Virus record (IMG/VR): IMGVR_UViG_2974724359_000001
Span: 19,795-83,794 of that record
Reading direction: 5' to 3' (one strand)
Length of the DNA: 64,000 nucleotides
DNA from: Tulanevirus 60ahydrpp
Taxonomy: Duplodnaviria > Heunggongvirae > Uroviricota > Caudoviricetes > Straboviridae
Positions 1 to 10,811 of this stretch are shown here, piece by piece. How positions within the stretch are numbered: the stretch's first letter is position 1; every line of letters starts with the position of its first letter. Below the pieces are notes generated by a model. It worked only from the letters and a program-made list of their open reading frames with translations, made no database searches and had not been told where the DNA came from. Made by a program: the position numbers and the translations under genes.

Positions 1-384
1 CGTCCATCAAATTTTTGTCAAGATTACGAGGATTTGGTGAACCCTTTAACGTATCTCCCGAAGCAGCAACCAAAATTATGTTTTGGCTTGCCCATGTGCC
101 CCACACATCTCGCAATTTTATTGCTTTATTGTAGTCGGAAACAGATCCTTTAGGCAAATTGACAGTAATAGAACCAGCGGAGGTGTTTATTGCCCATGAA
201 TCTCCGAATAATGGAGAAAGAGCTCCTACCGAATGATTTTTCCACGCGCCTGCAGCGAATGGGCGATCTCCGTCGCCCAGTTGTGAATAGAGTTCGGTAA
301 AGTTGTTATTGACCTTTTGCCCACCACGGCGGAGATAATCGCCTTGGCCATCATCAACAACGTTTCCGATTTTGATTATTTCCA
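1..384 (-). CDS. gp10: baseplate wedge subunit gp10, N-terminal 128 codons (gene continues past window start)
   Basis: reverse-strand ATG at 384-382; translation MEIIKIGNVVDDGQGDYLRRGG... matches conserved N-terminus of T4 gp10 (IGNVVDDGTGDYLRKGG); follows gp9 on same strand. Confidence 0.6.
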
Positions 385-1242
385 TTATGATGTTGCCCCA
401 ATATTAATTGTGTCAATGGCTTTTATTGAAAAACGTATTTGCCCACTGAGAGATTTTACTTCAGCGTAGACGTTATCGCCCGCGCCAATAAAGAAACGAA
501 TTGTGTATAATTCGTTAGAGGTATTCTTAAGAACAGCATACTCAGTATTTAAAACCGCATTTGTAACCGTATCTACTGATATCAAGTATTCCGAATTTTT
601 AAAAACTGTGCCAGCAGTGTTTCGGGCAGCAACCATCAACTTTATCGCAGAATATTCGTTTTTACCAGCAATACGAATATTAGTTGCAGTAGTTGTGGCC
701 AAAATAGTTTTTTCAACTGGCATAATAGAATTTCCAAACATTGGGGTTATTCCGTATTCCCAATATTTTTCTGATCCTTCGTTCTTTGTGCACCAGACAA
801 AAACTCTGGCGTATGGAGACGTTATAATAAGAGAGCCAGATGTTCCTAAGATACTTTCGCCCGCTTGAGGGCGAATTATGAGAGGATTTGACGGAGAAAT
901 TGATCCATTACTATTTATAAAGATGCAACCTTCCCCAAACTTTGCATTTGGTAGAGTCATGGTCAACGCGCCGCCTGACGTGTCTGCGTCATGCATAGAA
1001 CCAATATCTAGCGCATTCCCGGCATAATATTGTCGCGATAATTTCTGGTAATATCCAGTGGCGTAAAGAATTTGAGAGTCAGCTCCTTCAGAAGCTGACG
1101 AATAAAGTCTATAATCACCAAATGTGTTATAAAGCGCATCAATAATTTGGTTGAGTTTGACACCACCATCATAGAGTATATCACCAGTTGAAGGATTACC
1201 TATAACGCCTACATCAATTCTCTTTTTGGTAGATTGTAACAT
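385..1242 (-). CDS. gp9: baseplate wedge / long-tail-fibre attachment protein gp9
   Basis: 285 aa; IGNPSTGDILYDGG ... ATGYYQK resembles T4 gp9 (288 aa); position between gp8 and gp10. Confidence 0.7.
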   Translation of the reverse strand: MLQSTKKRIDVGVIGNPSTGDILYDGGVKLNQIIDALYNTFGDYRLYSSASEGADSQILYATGYYQKLSRQYYAGNALDIGSMHDADTSGGALTMTLPNAKFGEGCIFINSNGSISPSNPLIIRPQAGESILGTSGSLIITSPYARVFVWCTKNEGSEKYWEYGITPMFGNSIMPVEKTILATTTATNIRIAGKNEYSAIKLMVAARNTAGTVFKNSEYLISVDTVTNAVLNTEYAVLKNTSNELYTIRFFIGAGDNVYAEVKSLSGQIRFSIKAIDTINIGATS

Positions 1243-1251
1243 TTGTATTCC

Positions 1252-2238
1252 TTAAAATGAGAAAATGATATTGATTTCTTCTGTCTGATCGAGAGCTCGA
1301 GTGATAGGCTGTCTATTTTCCATGTATATCATTTCTCCTGAATCTTTTTCCAATTCTTCAGGTTTACATGCTATCAGGGTCGCTTTAACATCTGGATCGG
1401 ACGGCAATGATTTTTTAACTAACGGGTTGATGATTACGCTCATCTGGCGAAAACCAGTGTTGCCTGGGAGTGATGCCTCAGGGAAGTATATTGAGTCCAT
1501 ATACGCTCTGAACCGGAGTGTGTCTACTTTAACCCGGTAAATGAGGTCTAACTTATCCGGATACCATAGAATAGCATTTTCATACCCCCATCTCGCAGGA
1601 TCGTCAGAAAGTTCATCCGGGAAAGGCACAACAATATGTTCATTTGTGCATCTGTTTATTGATACATCGGGCGGAATAGTGTACAGATATTCCCACACAT
1701 AGCCATCACTCATGTCGATTGCCATAGCAGTCCCGCGAGGTGGTTCAACTGATTCATGAGTTGCAGTCCATTTTCCACCTATAGTGATACACTCTATTTT
1801 GTCATCTATTCCCGAGATAGAACACGAACCAATAGAAGGAACATCAACACAGCGGTAAATCATCCAACCAACCGAACTGTCGGTACGATTGTAGGTAGCC
1901 GAGTTGACTACGACGATATCGTCGATAAAAAATGTCTTTGGATTGTCATATCTGATATCTCCCCAATCTTTACGCGGAATTATTGCGTCCAGTAGAGATT
2001 TATTAATTTTTACTGCACCTAGCATGTTTGTCCACATGTCAACAACGCCATCAACCGAATCATTTGGATATGGAGGTGCAAAGCCGACATCGGTTTCATT
2101 CGTTGACCACGGAGTATCACGTCCAAATGTGGCGTATATTGTGTTTTTGGTGGGCTCGTCGCCCTCCATGTCGTAAAAGTTTAGCAAATTTTTTGTTCTA
2201 AATTTACTAGTAACAATAGCACGATAGAAATTACTCAT
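1252..2238 (-). CDS. gp8: baseplate wedge subunit gp8
   Basis: 328 aa; near-collinear similarity to T4 gp8 (YRAIVTSKFRT, GFAPPYP, CTNEYIVVP, GEMIYMENR, DQTEEINI). Confidence 0.85.
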   Translation of the reverse strand: MSNFYRAIVTSKFRTKNLLNFYDMEGDEPTKNTIYATFGRDTPWSTNETDVGFAPPYPNDSVDGVVDMWTNMLGAVKINKSLLDAIIPRKDWGDIRYDNPKTFFIDDIVVVNSATYNRTDSSVGWMIYRCVDVPSIGSCSISGIDDKIECITIGGKWTATHESVEPPRGTAMAIDMSDGYVWEYLYTIPPDVSINRCTNEHIVVPFPDELSDDPARWGYENAILWYPDKLDLIYRVKVDTLRFRAYMDSIYFPEASLPGNTGFRQMSVIINPLVKKSLPSDPDVKATLIACKPEELEKDSGEMIYMENRQPITRALDQTEEINIIFSF

Positions 2239-5200
2239 CTATTTTCACCTGTGTTGGGTTTTGTGGATCACGAGGATTTCCAACGTCATCTTTCAGTCGT
2301 TTTTCAACTAGTCGTCTAAATTGTGAAAACGTCACAGCTGACTGATCAAACAAAGGACTCATTGCAAATCTTCGTTCTGATGGAAGTTTTCCTAACCATG
2401 ATTCTTCTTCAGTGTCATATTCAGGAGGAGGAACAAATGGTTCGCCAGCATTTGGCCCAACCAAGTATAAAGCTTCTCCGGTGGCAGAGTCATGCTCAAT
2501 ATTTCCGTCAACGTCTAATTTGGCTACACGATCGTATTGCTCAGTTGGGTAACCAGCATCCCATCGATACGTTTTCAAATTATCGATGATAGTTTCTACA
2601 TGTTTCATCGATAAACCAGAATTGATGAACATCGTGAGAAGTGTTATTCCAACAAATCCAAAACCAACTGGATGAACAAAACGGAGAACATCTTGCGCAT
2701 ATCTAGACGCCGGAAGAGTTGACTTTATAGTCATGGTGTAATATGATCTACCTCGATTGATATAGTCAATCGAATCGCTCATAAGCTCCTTTCCTCTAAC
2801 CCCTACCAATATTTCACCTACGAACGAACTAGTTTCGGATTTTATTTGCTGGCCTTCAAAGAATTTACCAATCATATTGTGAATGGTTATTCTCCATTTC
2901 AATTGGCCTTCAACATACTCACGATCCACGTATGTGACGTTTGCACGTCCTGTAGGAGTATATATGGTTCTTCCAACAATGTCTTGGCTTATGTTGGTTG
3001 AATAAACTACGATGTCATATTCTATTCCATGCTTTGACTCGATGTCGATTTCAACATCTTCGTTATAAAGCAATTTGAAAAGGAATTTATATGATTGTTC
3101 AACCCCTTTCGTGGAATAAAAATCGTAGGCCCGAGATTCAAAAAATCTTGCGACAGAATCTCGCTTAGCTTCATCCAAATAGATGTTTCTTTTTAAAACT
3201 TCTGACCAAAGATATTCATACGCATATTGCTCGCGAGGGTATTTGTTTTTTATCAAATTGAGCAATTTGTTGTAATACGTCCCGTTTCCGTCCGACAAGA
3301 ATTGCAGATAATATTTCGCAAATGCACCAAAATTGGTATCTTCGTCCAAATAACTTTCAGGCATCATTTTAGTAACAAGTGGCTGAAGGTCAGGATCCTT
3401 TAATCCAACAAATGGAGCAGGTGTCCACGGAACTTCACGCTCTTGATTGCGAAGCTCAGCTACCATCATGACGTTGGCCGGCTTCCAGAAAACGGATGTA
3501 GTATTTCTTACCCGATATGGGAATTCATAATACCCAATTATTTCGCCAGTATTTTTATGGAAAAGTACCCCATTGGCATATTGTTTGAAACCGGTAAAGT
3601 ATACGTTATTTGCATACAGTGTTACAACGCCTTTGTTGTAAGTTTCTCTGTTTACCCTTTTATCTCTTTCTGTTCCTTCGTCGTCGATAGAGAACGAATA
3701 TTCGATTTTTGGGTAAACAACAAGAGCTCTGTCGTTGTGTGTTATCCAACACCTTGTGCTAGAACGAGCCATCCATGTGAACGCTGCTTCGTTATAGTAT
3801 TGCTGAGGGCCAAGTTTCCACTCTGAATCATCGGCATTGATTCTGAATGTTCCCATATGAATTGGGATATCGGAATTATAACCTGGAGTCAATTCGTATT
3901 TTACTGCTTCAAATACGTTGTCATATTTGTTTGGTAAATCTAGATCTGGCAAAGTACCTGGATATTTGAAGTTTATCTGAGAAACAAATATCTCTTCTCC
4001 ATTTGTTGACATATTGCTATATTCATGCGATATCCAAGTATGGTCTTCGCCAATACCAAAAACTTTTCGCCAAGAAGTACCATCGAACTCATAAACTCCA
4101 GCAATTGGGTCATGGACAACATTTTTGGGGTTTGTTGGGTCTAGACCTGCCTGAGTAACTACGCCAGTAATCAAAGCATAAAGCTTGCCGTTGAATGTAT
4201 CAAGCTTTTTCGTAACAGCCCGTGCGTTTGCTGTTATATTGAAAGAGGTTGGGTCAAAAAGTTTCTCACCAAATGTCGGACTACCTGGATCAGTATCAAT
4301 CGGGGCATTAGATGTTTTGATTCTGCGCAACTTATTTCTAGCTGCTACATATACCCAATCGTCATCGGCAGCAATAGCTTCTCCCTTCCTAAAAATATCA
4401 CCAGGAAGCCGAGCGTATGAGTTGAATATTTCAACATCAAAACCAAGATTCAGTTCATCGCCAGTTTTTGAGAATGTCACACTATCTGAGCTAAATCTGA
4501 CGTCATCAGCTGACCATTTGACATCATTTGCCCGACGACCGTAATAGATGTTTTCATATCCAAGAAGATATGTAGTAGTGCTAGTTTGATATGTTACTGT
4601 TCTACTAACTGGGTTGCCGACACGCCCGTTGAAAGCTTTGTAATATTTCCAGTTTTGCCCTTTGTCATTCGACACTTTGGCCATTGGCTGAAAACGCTCA
4701 AACAGATACAACACGTCGTCAATTTCAGCTAGCATTGTTCTATTTTTGTCAACACACACTGGCTCAATAAAGCCTTGTATTTCGTGATAGTTTTCATTTG
4801 AAACTATTTTGTCATAAAGATTCGTCGCATCAGTAAATTGATTGCTGAAAACGAAATCTTCGCTCATTAGCGAAGCCATAATTACATCAGTATTGAAATT
4901 GACGTAATTTCTGTTGTTTTTAGAGAACTTTTCTCTCACAAAGGAAGCGGCAGGTGTGAATTCTTTCATGGCAGAAATGTAGTAGGCATTTTCCGAAAAG
5001 GTTTGAAACTCCTCAGTTTCTACCCAATCAGACATCTCAAATCCTTTTCCAGAAACGCGAACTCGCATTTTGTAATATGTGTCTGCTTGTATAGATGTGT
5101 CTTCAAACCATTCTTCGACCGATGTTACACCTAATTGACCCCAACTGGTTCCAGACCCTGCTCTAGTCTGAAGAAGTTCGACAATATAGTAAAAATTTGA

Positions 5201-5287
5201 ACCTACATCGTCCCAAGTCAAATATACTTGATTCGCCGATAAAATTTTGATTTTAAGGCTCGTTACGGCCGGTGCTTTTATGATCAT
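2231..5287 (-). CDS. gp7: baseplate wedge subunit gp7
   Basis: 1018 aa ORF (T4 gp7 is 1032 aa) between gp6 and gp8. Confidence 0.75.
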   Translation of the reverse strand: MIIKAPAVTSLKIKILSANQVYLTWDDVGSNFYYIVELLQTRAGSGTSWGQLGVTSVEEWFEDTSIQADTYYKMRVRVSGKGFEMSDWVETEEFQTFSENAYYISAMKEFTPAASFVREKFSKNNRNYVNFNTDVIMASLMSEDFVFSNQFTDATNLYDKIVSNENYHEIQGFIEPVCVDKNRTMLAEIDDVLYLFERFQPMAKVSNDKGQNWKYYKAFNGRVGNPVSRTVTYQTSTTTYLLGYENIYYGRRANDVKWSADDVRFSSDSVTFSKTGDELNLGFDVEIFNSYARLPGDIFRKGEAIAADDDWVYVAARNKLRRIKTSNAPIDTDPGSPTFGEKLFDPTSFNITANARAVTKKLDTFNGKLYALITGVVTQAGLDPTNPKNVVHDPIAGVYEFDGTSWRKVFGIGEDHTWISHEYSNMSTNGEEIFVSQINFKYPGTLPDLDLPNKYDNVFEAVKYELTPGYNSDIPIHMGTFRINADDSEWKLGPQQYYNEAAFTWMARSSTRCWITHNDRALVVYPKIEYSFSIDDEGTERDKRVNRETYNKGVVTLYANNVYFTGFKQYANGVLFHKNTGEIIGYYEFPYRVRNTTSVFWKPANVMMVAELRNQEREVPWTPAPFVGLKDPDLQPLVTKMMPESYLDEDTNFGAFAKYYLQFLSDGNGTYYNKLLNLIKNKYPREQYAYEYLWSEVLKRNIYLDEAKRDSVARFFESRAYDFYSTKGVEQSYKFLFKLLYNEDVEIDIESKHGIEYDIVVYSTNISQDIVGRTIYTPTGRANVTYVDREYVEGQLKWRITIHNMIGKFFEGQQIKSETSSFVGEILVGVRGKELMSDSIDYINRGRSYYTMTIKSTLPASRYAQDVLRFVHPVGFGFVGITLLTMFINSGLSMKHVETIIDNLKTYRWDAGYPTEQYDRVAKLDVDGNIEHDSATGEALYLVGPNAGEPFVPPPEYDTEEESWLGKLPSERRFAMSPLFDQSAVTFSQFRRLVEKRLKDDVGNPRDPQNPTQVKIDE

Positions 5288-5313
5288 AAAATCTCCAAAG
5301 GGCCGTTAGGCCC

Positions 5314-7197
5314 TTATTGTGAAATTGCTTCAAGAGTAATAGCAGTGTACTGTTGACGTAAATCATTCTCAAATACGATAAGAGTTCCATCTTTCGCAAA
5401 GATAGTGTCATCAACTGGTAATGCTTCTATTTCTATATATGCTCCAGCAAATGATTCTGCCGGTACAGGTAAAATACCAAGGTCAAAGTTTATAACACTG
5501 AGAGCATAGTCAACTGTTCCAACTTCATAGTACTTGTTTCTTCCACCCACTGTTGTTTTTGTGAAATCATTACCAGAGTACTCTGATGCAGGAATATCGC
5601 CATCAGCAAATGGCCCAATCAAAATTTTACCAGTTTGTGACGTAGAAACGTAATTAACTTCATACGTTACGTTATTCTTGGTGAAGTTGATTGTAGAACT
5701 ATTGACTGACCCCTTAGAAATAGCATTATGGAAAGATATTCCAGCCATCGGAGTTTTGAAGAAATTATCTGCTTCCCTGACAAGAGATATTTCAGCAGAA
5801 GAGCCGATAATAGAATCATCCGACGAATCTACACGTGTCAACATCTTTGATTTAGAGAAGTTTTTGTTGAAAATTTCAACTTCATCAGTGTAATAGCGGT
5901 CAATAGAATCAATTATTTGCCCGCGAAGCCATTCTTCAGAGTTATACAATTCTGAAAGGTTATATGTCACTTTGATTTTTGACTTGATGTACATGTAATT
6001 TGGGTCTATTACTGCAGGGGTAATAGGCGCGAGATTATATTGTGACAAATAATTTTCAATGTCTTCTTTTTGAACAGTTGTTAATCTAAGCCCTTGTTTT
6101 GGCTTAATAGCGATGAACGCGTATCCTCTTTTCTCACTGTCAGTGAAGCACTGAACGGCTTGAACAACTGAACCAAACTTGTGAGAGACAAATGACTCGT
6201 AGTCGGTTGCAGTAACACATCTGCGCTGAGATTCTCTCATAACCGGGGCAAGTTCGCGGATTCTTTCGATGTCTTCGGGATCACCACCACCCTGAGTACC
6301 CACATAATCGGCGTCATCAGTCGGATTCTCAATCAGATCAGTTATGACGATATTTTGAAGAGTATCGGTGTATGCGAAATCTCTTGACCCATTTGCTGGC
6401 TCACCACGAGTGCTCAAATATTCGATCACGATTGTTGACCCGATATTCGGTTTGAGCCCGCCAATGTAATTTGCTACAAGAGCCCCGCCAGCGATTTCGG
6501 TGCTAGCTTCACCTTCGCCAAAGAATATCTCAGTCGTCTGGTCAACGGTCTCACGCATATAAAATACGTTAGAAGCACCCGAAATATCAACCATCGAATT
6601 ATTGGTCCAATCGACCCAAGGTGAACCATCTACCCATACACGAACTTTAGATCTGTCGATATTGGGGTCACGAATCAAAATTTGACTAATTCCATCAAAT
6701 TTCAACTCAGTTCGAACTATTCGTCCTTGATACACGTTTACAAGGGATTCGTAAGTATTATTCTGACCACGAATTATTGTAACATCGTCAAGAGTAACGA
6801 ATGGGTAGTTATCAGTACGTTCCACCGTACCAACGAATTTAGTTCCTCTCGGAATACGAATGCTGGTAGGATTCAACGGGTTTGTCGCTTTGAGCAGTAA
6901 AGTCGTACTAGAAGCAGTACGAGAATCTGGCATATATCCCATGTCCTGAGCATGTTGAACAACTGAACTTCTTAATACAGCGGTTCGGATAAAACTCTCG
7001 AATAATGCTGAATTTGAAAATTGCTGAATATAGAGTGTGCAATATGCCAGCAAATCGGTTAAAACGTTTAATCTTGAACCAGTAAAGTCATAATCTTTAA
7101 ATTCATCCTGGTTACCTAACCAGTCAATTAAGTCGCTTTTGATTTCGTCAAAGGTAGCGCCTTTAAAAATATCTGGGATATTTGTTTTCAATTTCAT
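5314..7197 (-). CDS. gp6: baseplate wedge subunit gp6
   Basis: 627 aa ORF (T4 gp6 660 aa), upstream of gp7 on same strand. Confidence 0.75.
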   Translation of the reverse strand: MKLKTNIPDIFKGATFDEIKSDLIDWLGNQDEFKDYDFTGSRLNVLTDLLAYCTLYIQQFSNSALFESFIRTAVLRSSVVQHAQDMGYMPDSRTASSTTLLLKATNPLNPTSIRIPRGTKFVGTVERTDNYPFVTLDDVTIIRGQNNTYESLVNVYQGRIVRTELKFDGISQILIRDPNIDRSKVRVWVDGSPWVDWTNNSMVDISGASNVFYMRETVDQTTEIFFGEGEASTEIAGGALVANYIGGLKPNIGSTIVIEYLSTRGEPANGSRDFAYTDTLQNIVITDLIENPTDDADYVGTQGGGDPEDIERIRELAPVMRESQRRCVTATDYESFVSHKFGSVVQAVQCFTDSEKRGYAFIAIKPKQGLRLTTVQKEDIENYLSQYNLAPITPAVIDPNYMYIKSKIKVTYNLSELYNSEEWLRGQIIDSIDRYYTDEVEIFNKNFSKSKMLTRVDSSDDSIIGSSAEISLVREADNFFKTPMAGISFHNAISKGSVNSSTINFTKNNVTYEVNYVSTSQTGKILIGPFADGDIPASEYSGNDFTKTTVGGRNKYYEVGTVDYALSVINFDLGILPVPAESFAGAYIEIEALPVDDTIFAKDGTLIVFENDLRQQYTAITLEAISQ

Positions 7198-7487
7198 CGT
7201 ATAAACACCTTACTAGATGATTGCGCAATTGTGTCTCCGCAAGATATTGGATCACCAATTGATACTGCGGGTTTTCCACCAACAAAAACCTTCGCCGTAG
7301 TGGGAATAACGTAGCCGTCATGAACATCATAAGGCTCAACAGTGTTTCGATGAGGTATTATTCTGTCGCCTTCAACGACGACCTTTATACCGTCAACAAA
7401 AACTTTTCCCTGCGTGGCTTGTATTTGTGTAGGAGGATATGTGTCATGGCCAGTTGTCCAAGCCATATCGTATGTCAATCCAGGCAT
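7194..7487 (-). CDS. gp5.4: PAAR-repeat spike-tip protein (gp5.4-like)
   Basis: 97 aa, same length as T4 gp5.4; PAAR-like motifs (GDPISCGD, repeated V-rich beta strands); overlaps gp6 start by 4 nt. Confidence 0.6.
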   Translation of the reverse strand: MPGLTYDMAWTTGHDTYPPTQIQATQGKVFVDGIKVVVEGDRIIPHRNTVEPYDVHDGYVIPTTAKVFVGGKPAVSIGDPISCGDTIAQSSSKVFIR

Positions 7488-7561
7488 AAAAGGCCCTCCT
7501 ATGTGATTCTATTTAAGAGCTCCCGGGAGGCATTAAATAAAATAAACAGGAGTGTAACTAT

Positions 7562-8101
7562 ATGATTTTTTCATTTTTTGACCCAATAGATTATCAGGGT
7601 AAATCTACTACTGATATTTTTAAGAATTACAGAGCGTATTTTAATCGTGTTATCGTAAAATACAAGCCTGAAGTGTATTGGATAAATGGTTCAACAAGAC
7701 CTGAAATGTTGGCACATGAGCTTTATGGCAATCAACAGCTATATTGGGTTTTGCTAATGCTAAACGATGTATATGACCCATTTTACGGATGGATAACAAC
7801 ACAAGATGCTGCATATGATTACGCGCAGCAACAATATCCAGAAAATAAGGTCGTATATCATGTTGATGCCAATGGTGAAAAGTATTGGAATTTGGTAGAA
7901 GACCCAGATTTCCCGAGACATTGGTATGATGCTGGAGATACATCTAGATCACATATTCAATATGTTGGAGCACTTCGGGCCGTTGATTCCCTTGAAGCTC
8001 AATCTGCTGTCAATGAGCAGAAACGAAAAATTCTGATAATTAGCGAAGCTGATATCAACTCGTTCCTAAACGACATGATACGTGAAATGGAAAAGGTTTA
8101 A
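7562..8101 (+). CDS. gp53: baseplate wedge subunit gp53
   Basis: 179 aa; strong similarity to T4 gp53 (FFDPIEY, LYWVLLM, YDPFYGWIT, GALRAVD, DINSFLNDMIR). Confidence 0.85.
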   Translation: MIFSFFDPIDYQGKSTTDIFKNYRAYFNRVIVKYKPEVYWINGSTRPEMLAHELYGNQQLYWVLLMLNDVYDPFYGWITTQDAAYDYAQQQYPENKVVYHVDANGEKYWNLVEDPDFPRHWYDAGDTSRSHIQYVGALRAVDSLEAQSAVNEQKRKILIISEADINSFLNDMIREMEKV

Positions 8102-8109
8102 GGTGCATA

Positions 8110-9861
8110 ATGTTAAAAGGTATTGATAGATTTTTTACTGGCGTCGTAGAAGATCGTCAGGATCCGTACATGTTAGGAAGGGTGAGAGTGCGTGTCCACG
8201 GTATTCACCCAGAACAAAAGGTTAGAGCAGACAACTATGGTTTAGCAACCGAGGATTTGCTGTGGATGTCAGTAGGCATGCCTGTAACATCAGCGTCAGT
8301 TTCGGGTGTAGGCCAGGCTCCAGTAGGCATCGTGACCGGTACTCACGTATACGGAATTTTCTTGGATGAATTTTATCAAAATGGCCTAGTTCTCGGGACA
8401 TATCCAGGCATATATCCAATGATGCCTGATTTCAATAAAGGTTTTTCTGACCCATCAAGAGAATATCCTCGGTACGTCGGTTCAGATGTGAATATTTTGG
8501 CTAGAGGTGGAAAAGAAATAAAAATTTCACCAGGCCAAATTGTAAAAGAAAACCAAATTGTTCCAGTTGTCGTAGAAGATCAAAATCTCAACCGAGATGT
8601 TGCACAAGGTGCAGATAGAACACCAAATGACGAAATATACCCAAATCCAGATCCAGACGTAACAATAGAGGATATGCTACGTTATGACGAAGGTATTCGT
8701 GTATCGGTTTATTGGGACAGTGAAGGATATCCAACTGTTGGAATAGGTCATTTGATAGTTCACGAAAAAACTAGAAATATGACAAGAATAAACCAATTGC
8801 TCAGTCAACAAGTAGGCAGGCAGGTTAATGGGAGAATAACCGAAGAAGAATGCTCTATGCTGTTCGAACGCGATCTTTCCAGCGTCTATTCTAGCATATC
8901 AAGCAATTACAAGGTCGGCCCGGTATATTCGATGCTAGACGATACTCGTAAAATGGCTATTGTCAATATGACGTTCCAAATGGGTGTTGGTGGCGTAGCA
9001 AATTTCAATATGATGCTTGGATACTTGGCACTAGGCCAATACGATAATGCGGCTGATGCTGCTCTCGATTCTTTATGGGCTAGACAAACTCCATCACGAG
9101 CTCGTCGTGTGTCAGAAGTCATAAGAAATGGAAACTTGGTGCCATACGGTGGGTCACAAGGATCTGCGCCGTCATTGCGGACGATGAGAATGTTCAAAAC
9201 GGCAAGTGTATCATCAACCGCCCAAGCTCCCTCGTTCACCGAGCCTGAATCACCTTACTCGGCTGTATATCCATATAACAAAGTGTATGAAAGTGAGTCT
9301 GGTCACATCCAGGAATTTGATGATACACCCGGGCATGAACGCATAAGAACATATCATCGGACGGGTACGTTTGAAGAAATACATCCTGATGGAACAAAAG
9401 TCACGAAAATTATTGGCGATGATTTCTACATTGTCAAGAACGATGGGAATGTTCATATCGGCGGAAAACTCAAGATCGTTGTCGACGGGGATGCTGATAT
9501 TTTTGTTCAAGGCGATTCTAATAGCACAATATCTGGAAATGCTACCCAATTCGTTCGTGGTAATGTTGACGAGCGAGTAGAAGGTAATGTCAATCAGTAT
9601 GTCACTGGAAATTCATCGGCGTTAGTAAAAGGAAATCTAAATGCAGATGTTGATGGAAACGCCGATATTAAAGTTATGGGTGACTGTTTTAACACGATTG
9701 ATGGAAATTACACTCTAAAAATTGGAGGAAATTTTTCTACCGAAGTTGGAGGAAGTAGGACAGATGATGTTTCTGGTAATTGGAATAGACAATCGGCCCA
9801 AGTATCCGATGTTGCACAAGGAACATTCTCAATTGATGGTTCTAGAATAAACTTGGGGTAA
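8110..9861 (+). CDS. gp5: baseplate hub subunit and tail lysozyme gp5
   Basis: 583 aa; N-terminal VGVVEDRQDPYMLGRVRVRVHG OB-domain motif, central T4-lysozyme-like block (YWDSEGYPTVGIGHLI), C-terminal VxGNxxxxVxGN beta-helix repeats. Confidence 0.85.
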   Translation: MLKGIDRFFTGVVEDRQDPYMLGRVRVRVHGIHPEQKVRADNYGLATEDLLWMSVGMPVTSASVSGVGQAPVGIVTGTHVYGIFLDEFYQNGLVLGTYPGIYPMMPDFNKGFSDPSREYPRYVGSDVNILARGGKEIKISPGQIVKENQIVPVVVEDQNLNRDVAQGADRTPNDEIYPNPDPDVTIEDMLRYDEGIRVSVYWDSEGYPTVGIGHLIVHEKTRNMTRINQLLSQQVGRQVNGRITEEECSMLFERDLSSVYSSISSNYKVGPVYSMLDDTRKMAIVNMTFQMGVGGVANFNMMLGYLALGQYDNAADAALDSLWARQTPSRARRVSEVIRNGNLVPYGGSQGSAPSLRTMRMFKTASVSSTAQAPSFTEPESPYSAVYPYNKVYESESGHIQEFDDTPGHERIRTYHRTGTFEEIHPDGTKVTKIIGDDFYIVKNDGNVHIGGKLKIVVDGDADIFVQGDSNSTISGNATQFVRGNVDERVEGNVNQYVTGNSSALVKGNLNADVDGNADIKVMGDCFNTIDGNYTLKIGGNFSTEVGGSRTDDVSGNWNRQSAQVSDVAQGTFSIDGSRINLG

Positions 9862-9864
9862 TTC

Positions 9865-10359
9865 ATGTCAAATATATTACCAGCATCAGCCGTTTTGCCT
9901 GTTAAAAGGGAAAATGAAATAGTATCGCAGACATTTAGCGCAAACCTAACTGAACCAGGGGCAACCCTGGTTTCTTTGGAAATTAGTGCTATAGATCAAA
10001 ATGAAGGAATAGTTATTGTCAACAATGGATTTTCAGGACAATATACTGGAGTTTTTACCCTTAACGGTGGTTTATCATATCGTTTAAAAACCGGAGAACG
10101 TGAAACAGCAAATAGATGGGAAGATTTGCCTGATCCACAAACAACGGATTTGTATTCTTTTCTTGCGCCAAGAGTAATGGAAAAAGAATATTCATACCTT
10201 GTTGTTTTAACATACGACGTTGTTACGCCAACTGAGCCAGGTAATCCTCCAAGCGAACCAGTTAGATATGTGATAAGCAAGACGTATACACAAAAAGTAG
10301 TTGGTGAGTGGAACACATGGGCTAACAATTTGCGAGATTATGTAAATAGGGGTAGATAA
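9865..10359 (+). CDS. hypothetical protein (positional equivalent of T4 5.1)
   Basis: 164 aa ORF tightly packed between gp5 and gp4. Confidence 0.5.
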   Translation: MSNILPASAVLPVKRENEIVSQTFSANLTEPGATLVSLEISAIDQNEGIVIVNNGFSGQYTGVFTLNGGLSYRLKTGERETANRWEDLPDPQTTDLYSFLAPRVMEKEYSYLVVLTYDVVTPTEPGNPPSEPVRYVISKTYTQKVVGEWNTWANNLRDYVNRGR

Positions 10360-10811
10360 TGGCATATTCTGGAAAATTTAGGCCAAAAAACATCGAAAAA
10401 TACAAGGGCAATGCAGATAAAATCACGTATAGGTCCAGTTGGGAAGCGTGGGTCATGAAATTTTGCGATCAGTCGCCTTCAGTTTTAGCATGGAATTCTG
10501 AAGAAGTAATAATCCCGTACTTTTCGAATGCTGACGGAAAAAGACGAAGATATTTCATGGATTTTTGGGTCAAAATGTCAAACGGCCAAGTATTCCTGTT
10601 CGAAGTAAAACCCGAAAAGGAATGCAGACCTCCCCAGATGAAGTCTACGAATACTGCGAAAGCCAAAAAGCAATTTATGGCAGAAATGTACACATGGCAA
10701 GTGAATACAGATAAGTGGAAAGCTGCTAATGCCTTGTGTATGGAAAAAGGTTGGAATTTCAAGATAATAACTGAAAATTCTCTTAGAACTCATTTTGGAT
10801 GGAGAGGATAA
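10359..10811 (+). CDS. gp4: head completion protein gp4
   Basis: 150 aa; MAYSGK..KITYRSSWE..IPYF.NA.GK.RRYFMDFW..NTDKWKAA near-identical in pattern to T4 gp4. Confidence 0.85.
   Translation: MAYSGKFRPKNIEKYKGNADKITYRSSWEAWVMKFCDQSPSVLAWNSEEVIIPYFSNADGKRRRYFMDFWVKMSNGQVFLFEVKPEKECRPPQMKSTNTAKAKKQFMAEMYTWQVNTDKWKAANALCMEKGWNFKIITENSLRTHFGWRG

Noticed and set aside
503-868. 121-aa plus-strand ORF inside gp9
   Set aside because: Lies entirely antisense to a well-supported conserved structural gene, with no RBS; it is a spurious shadow ORF. The same applies to the other ORFs embedded in gp8, gp7, gp6 and gp5: 1301-1540, 1756-1995, 1904-2176, 2323-2589, 3443-3826, 4185-4544, 5678-5893, 6682-6900, 7320-7565, 7650-7943, 8222-8419, 8907-9239, 9250-9549 and 9371-9580.
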